Below are positions 60,962 to 64,000 of a stretch of DNA of 64,000 nucleotides, one piece after another. Each line of letters opens with the position of its first letter. Position 1 is the stretch's first letter. The notes below the pieces were generated by a model. The model made no database searches, was not told the DNA's origin, and worked only from the letters and a program-made list of their open reading frames with translations. A program made the position numbers and the translations under genes. The DNA is from Bryobacterales bacterium (GTDB lineage: Bacteria; Acidobacteriota; Terriglobia; Bryobacterales; UBA6623): positions 259,432 to 323,431 of the forward strand of contig CBDBIU010000002.1 in NCBI GenBank assembly GCA_965206025.1, in the 5' to 3' direction.

Positions 60962-61378
60962 ATGGCCAAGTACAAGTCGTTACCATCCGCCTTACGGGCC
61001 TATGAAAAATGGGCTGCCCCTGTGTTGTTGGGATGGCTTCTTCCCGGCGGGGGACACTTTTACCTGAAACGCTGGAGCCGAGGCGGGCTTTTACTGTTCG
61101 CCATTGGAGGGATGTTTGCCTTCGGCCTGCTCACCCGAGGCAGAATGTTTGACCCGATTACAGGAGACCCGTTCACAACCGTTGTCAACTGGGGAGGCTA
61201 TCTCAGTGACATGGCTACCGGATCGCTCTACTTTTTGACCACCTGGCTAGGTTATGAGCAGCCGCGCTATGCGTCCGCGGTAGCCGACTACGGCACAAAA
61301 TTCCTGGTATGCGCCGGGTTGCTCAACGTGCTGGCCATCCTCGACGCCTTCGAGATTGCCGTCGAAAACAAGTCCTGA
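60962..61378 (+). CDS. Hypothetical membrane protein
   Basis: 138 aa, 3-4 TM segments, LPGGGHFYLKRWSRG motif. No family assignment. Confidence 0.5.
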   Translation: MAKYKSLPSALRAYEKWAAPVLLGWLLPGGGHFYLKRWSRGGLLLFAIGGMFAFGLLTRGRMFDPITGDPFTTVVNWGGYLSDMATGSLYFLTTWLGYEQPRYASAVADYGTKFLVCAGLLNVLAILDAFEIAVENKS

Positions 61379-61560
61379 TGTACATAAGCCTGACCCATCT
61401 TCAAGCCGCCCTTCTGTTCGCCTTCTTTGTCGCGATCGTTCTCGGTATAGTCGGGCGCGGCACGGACAAAGCGCGCCTGCGTTACGGATTCCAAGTCTTC
61501 GCCTACTTCGCGCTGGCCATCTTCGGATTCGGCTGGCTGATGTATCTCGGCCACGGCTAA
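61378..61560 (+). CDS. Hypothetical small 2-TM protein
   Basis: 60 aa starting MYISLTHLQAALLFAFFVAIV. ATG overlaps the upstream TGA (TGATG). Confidence 0.45.
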   Translation: MYISLTHLQAALLFAFFVAIVLGIVGRGTDKARLRYGFQVFAYFALAIFGFGWLMYLGHG

Positions 61561-61627
61561 CCGGTGGCGAAGCCACTGGGCCGCGCCCGAGCATTCGTGG
61601 CGAAGCGGCGCCCTGTTTTTGAGGACC

Positions 61628-61676
61628 CGGGCTTCTCACGCACCTCGCCTCGCCGTCGGGCTAGAAAAGCGGGTTA
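61628..61676 (+). repeat. Solo right end of a variant subfamily of the MITE-like element
   Basis: CGGGCTTCTCACGCACCTCGCCTCGCCGTCGGGCTAGAAAAGCGGGTTA is almost identical to the right end at 62853-62901. Confidence 0.6.
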
Positions 61677-62062
61677 GAGGGTGTCGCGATTCCTCCGCTT
61701 CGCCGAGATTTCAGATCGTGTGCTTCTGAGCATTTCCGCCGGGCCCGCTGCATTGGGAACAAGGCGGACGAGTCGCTCGGCGTAGGGCGGAGCGCGGTTG
61801 AATTGGCGCTGCTGTAGGTAAATGCTGACCCCTCGGGGACCGGCAAAGGAGGGATACGCGTTCCATGGGGAGAATAGCTCTCTTTGGTGCCAGACCTGGA
61901 TGAATCAGCAGCACGTAAGCGCCCGGGTGGCGGAGGGAGGCGGGGTGTATACTGTTACCGAGCCAGGACCAAAACGATCTGGCAACAAGGAGGGAGTATG
62001 TTTAAACACAAAGGATATTGGATTGCGGCAGGCGTCGTTGCGGCAGTAGCGCTAACGCGGCC

Positions 62063-62728
62063 GTGATTCCCTCAGACTTCTTGTGGGCACAACAAGATGA
62101 GGCTAAGGATTGGGCCATGAACACGACAATCATAGAGGCCTGCAGTTGCCCGATGTTTTGCCAGTGCTACTTCAACGCCGAGCCGGCCGCTCACCATGTC
62201 CACGGCGCTGAAACACACTTTTGTAAGTTCAACATGGCCCACCGGATCAACAAGGGACACTACGGAGATGTAGCGCTCGACGGCGTGAAGTTCTGGGTGT
62301 CGGGTGACCTCGGCGAGAACTTCGGCGACGGCGAGGCCGATTGGGCCGTCCTCACATTCGAACCTTCGGTAACTGAACAGCAGCGCGAAGTTGTCAAGAT
62401 CGCCTTAGGACAAGTCTATCCCGTCACATGGAAATCCTTCAGCGTCGCCGAAGACGCCCGCATTGACTGGAGTGCCGGCCAGGGTCAGGCGGAAGCGCGC
62501 CTCGACGGGGGCAAGATTGCCGAAATCGCACTTTCCGGTTCCTCTGGGATGACCGACGAGAACGTCGTCTTCAAGAACCTGAGATATTTTGGGGCGCCGC
62601 GCAACGACGGCTTTATCATGATGCCGAACAAAGTTCAGGCCTATCGCGTGGGCGACAAAGCGTTTGAGACCAATGGCACTACGGGTTTCATGATCACCTA
62701 CGGGATCTCGTCAAAAGACATGCAGTAA
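62063..62728 (+). CDS. DUF1326-domain protein
   Basis: WAMNTTIIEACSCPMFCQCYF matches the Cys-rich N-terminal signature of DUF1326. Start uncertain (GTG 62063 or ATG 62117). Confidence 0.6.
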   Translation: MIPSDFLWAQQDEAKDWAMNTTIIEACSCPMFCQCYFNAEPAAHHVHGAETHFCKFNMAHRINKGHYGDVALDGVKFWVSGDLGENFGDGEADWAVLTFEPSVTEQQREVVKIALGQVYPVTWKSFSVAEDARIDWSAGQGQAEARLDGGKIAEIALSGSSGMTDENVVFKNLRYFGAPRNDGFIMMPNKVQAYRVGDKAFETNGTTGFMITYGISSKDMQ

Positions 62729-62795
62729 AGGACGCTTCCTTTCGCGGCTTATTCCGGTGGCACCAAAATACGAGTTGGCTAGGCTGCACCCGCGA

Positions 62796-62901
62796 AAGTA
62801 CGCCCGCATTATTCAAGAAATGCGGCGCTGAGCGGCGCGCGCATTGTACTGACGGGCTTCTCACGTACCTCGCCTCGCCGTCGGGCTAGAAAAGCGGGTT
62901 A
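62796..62901 (+). repeat. Right half of the variant-subfamily MITE-like element
   Basis: AAGTACGCCCGCATTATTCAAGAAATGCGGCG...GTACTGACGGGCTTCTCACG...GGGCTAGAAAAGCGGGTTA is collinear with the right half of copy C. The left half is absent. Confidence 0.6.
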
Positions 62902-62970
62902 GGGCGAAACCAACGTCCTCTGAGCCTCGTACCTTGCTAGTGAAACGAGTCTGCGGTACTGTTGGGCGAA

Positions 62971-64000
62971 ATGGTCTTACCGTTGTGCATGATGGCGCTT
63001 GTGATGGGGGCCCTGGTTCCCGCCGCGGCGCAACAGCCGCTTGGCGCGGAGCCACCATCGTCGCCCGCGGCGGAGTCGACCAAGCGCTTTCCGCTCCGTG
63101 CGATCGTCATCGAAGGGAACAATCACTTTCCGACCGACGCCATTGTTGAGGCTACCGGCTTGGAACTGGGCCAACCGGTCGCGGACACCGACTTCCGGCG
63201 GGCCATAGGTAAGCTGCGGGATACGGGCGCGTTCGAGGTTTACGAGTACCGCTTCGGACCGCACGAGGGCGGTTACCGCGTAACTTTCAAACTGCAAGAG
63301 GCCTCGCCTCTCTACCCGCTGCGAATGGAAGGCTTCGGGGCGACCGAGGCGGAGCTCCGAGATCTGCTCGAGGAGAAGGTCCCCTTGATCGGGGAGAGGG
63401 TGCCCGCGGCGGGACCCATGGTCGATCGAATCGGAGCCGTGCTCCAGTATTTCTGGCGTAAAGCCGGCAACCGTTCCAAAGTAGTCGGCAGCCTGGCTCC
63501 CCTTGCTGAAGATGAGTTTGAAATGATCTTCAGGCCGCGCTCGGCGATCAAGACCATCGCCTTCTCGACTTTCGAGCACACCGGAGAGCTGTCGCCGCTC
63601 GACCTACAACGCGTGTTCAACCAAATCGCCATGGGTGTTCCCTATTCGGAATCACGTTTGAAAGAGCTCTTGCACTACAACATCCGTCCTCTCTACGAGG
63701 AGAAAGGACGGCTGGAAGTCAGCTTTTGCCCCTGCCGGACCGAGCCCGATCCGGACTCGGAGGGTCTCCTCGTCCGCATCGAGGTACAGCCGGGCGATCT
63801 CTATGCCTTCAACTCCGTGGATCTCGAGGAATCCTCGACGGTCCATCACGAGATGCTGAATTCCTTGATCGAGATCAACCAAGGAGAGAGGGCCGACCTA
63901 GGTCGTGTTCGCAAGGCGATCGCCGGCATCGAGCGACTGCTCAAGGCCAACGGTTTCATGAACGCCGTCGGTAGGTTCGACAGGAAGCTCGATACCCAAG
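62971..64000 (+). CDS. BamA/Omp85-like POTRA-domain protein, 3'-partial (continues beyond the window)
   Basis: Not in the ORF track because no stop is reached. My translation from ATG 62971 is open to the window end: signal peptide MVLPLCMMALVMGALVPAAAQ, then POTRA-like FPLRAIVIEGNNHFPTDAIVEATGLELGQPV... Confidence 0.6.
   Translation, partial: MVLPLCMMALVMGALVPAAAQQPLGAEPPSSPAAESTKRFPLRAIVIEGNNHFPTDAIVEATGLELGQPVADTDFRRAIGKLRDTGAFEVYEYRFGPHEGGYRVTFKLQEASPLYPLRMEGFGATEAELRDLLEEKVPLIGERVPAAGPMVDRIGAVLQYFWRKAGNRSKVVGSLAPLAEDEFEMIFRPRSAIKTIAFSTFEHTGELSPLDLQRVFNQIAMGVPYSESRLKELLHYNIRPLYEEKGRLEVSFCPCRTEPDPDSEGLLVRIEVQPGDLYAFNSVDLEESSTVHHEMLNSLIEINQGERADLGRVRKAIAGIERLLKANGFMNAVGRFDRKLDTQ

Noticed and set aside
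60660-60986. 108-aa minus-strand ORF in the divergent region, containing one CxxC.
   Set aside because: Third-position GC is low compared with neighbouring genes. It overlaps the start of the 60962 gene and has no usable RBS. It is left unannotated.
61840-61960. GGTGCCAGACCTGG upstream of DUF1326 as a cobalamin riboswitch B12 box.
   Set aside because: It is only a partial match. The conserved GGGAA...GGTG...CCCGC core and the overall architecture are not present.

Overview
GC-rich chromosomal segment from a diderm bacterium (lpxB, BamA-like, LolA-like and beta-barrel genes). Gene content resembles a soil Acidobacteriota-type genome, but that is inference only, since no search was run. All product names come from motifs I recognise in the ORF translations. 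The core (19.6-36.6 kb) is a complete co-directional dcw cluster: mraZ-rsmH-ftsL-ftsI-murE-murF-mraY-murD-ftsW-murG-murC-ftsQ-ftsA-ftsZ. Upstream lie a LarA-family/TIM-barrel operon, a fadB/J-type beta-oxidation gene, an FAD oxidoreductase, an NHL-repeat protein, an addB-addA pair (each with a 1-nt frameshift) and a solute symporter. Downstream lie DUF885, a decayed permease, a secreted metallohydrolase, an M1-peptidase-like protein lacking its zinc motif, lpxB, a DinB-like gene, an IS630 relic, ydcF-like, tsaC, a TrmH-family gene and rarA. These are followed by a TetR-controlled RND/LolA-like/beta-barrel cluster, a UDP-glucuronate decarboxylase, aspS, a gamma-CA-like gene, small membrane proteins, DUF1326 and a BamA-like ORF that runs off the 3' edge. 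The strongest non-genic signal is a family of TA-flanked elements bounded by 20-nt inverted repeats. It has three ~190-bp copies plus mini, truncated and degenerate forms at 10 or more intergenic loci, and one mini copy supplies the only usable start codon of ftsI. No rRNA, tRNA or CRISPR array was recognised. I did not find a clear novel multi-gene system; the candidates worth follow-up are listed under findings.
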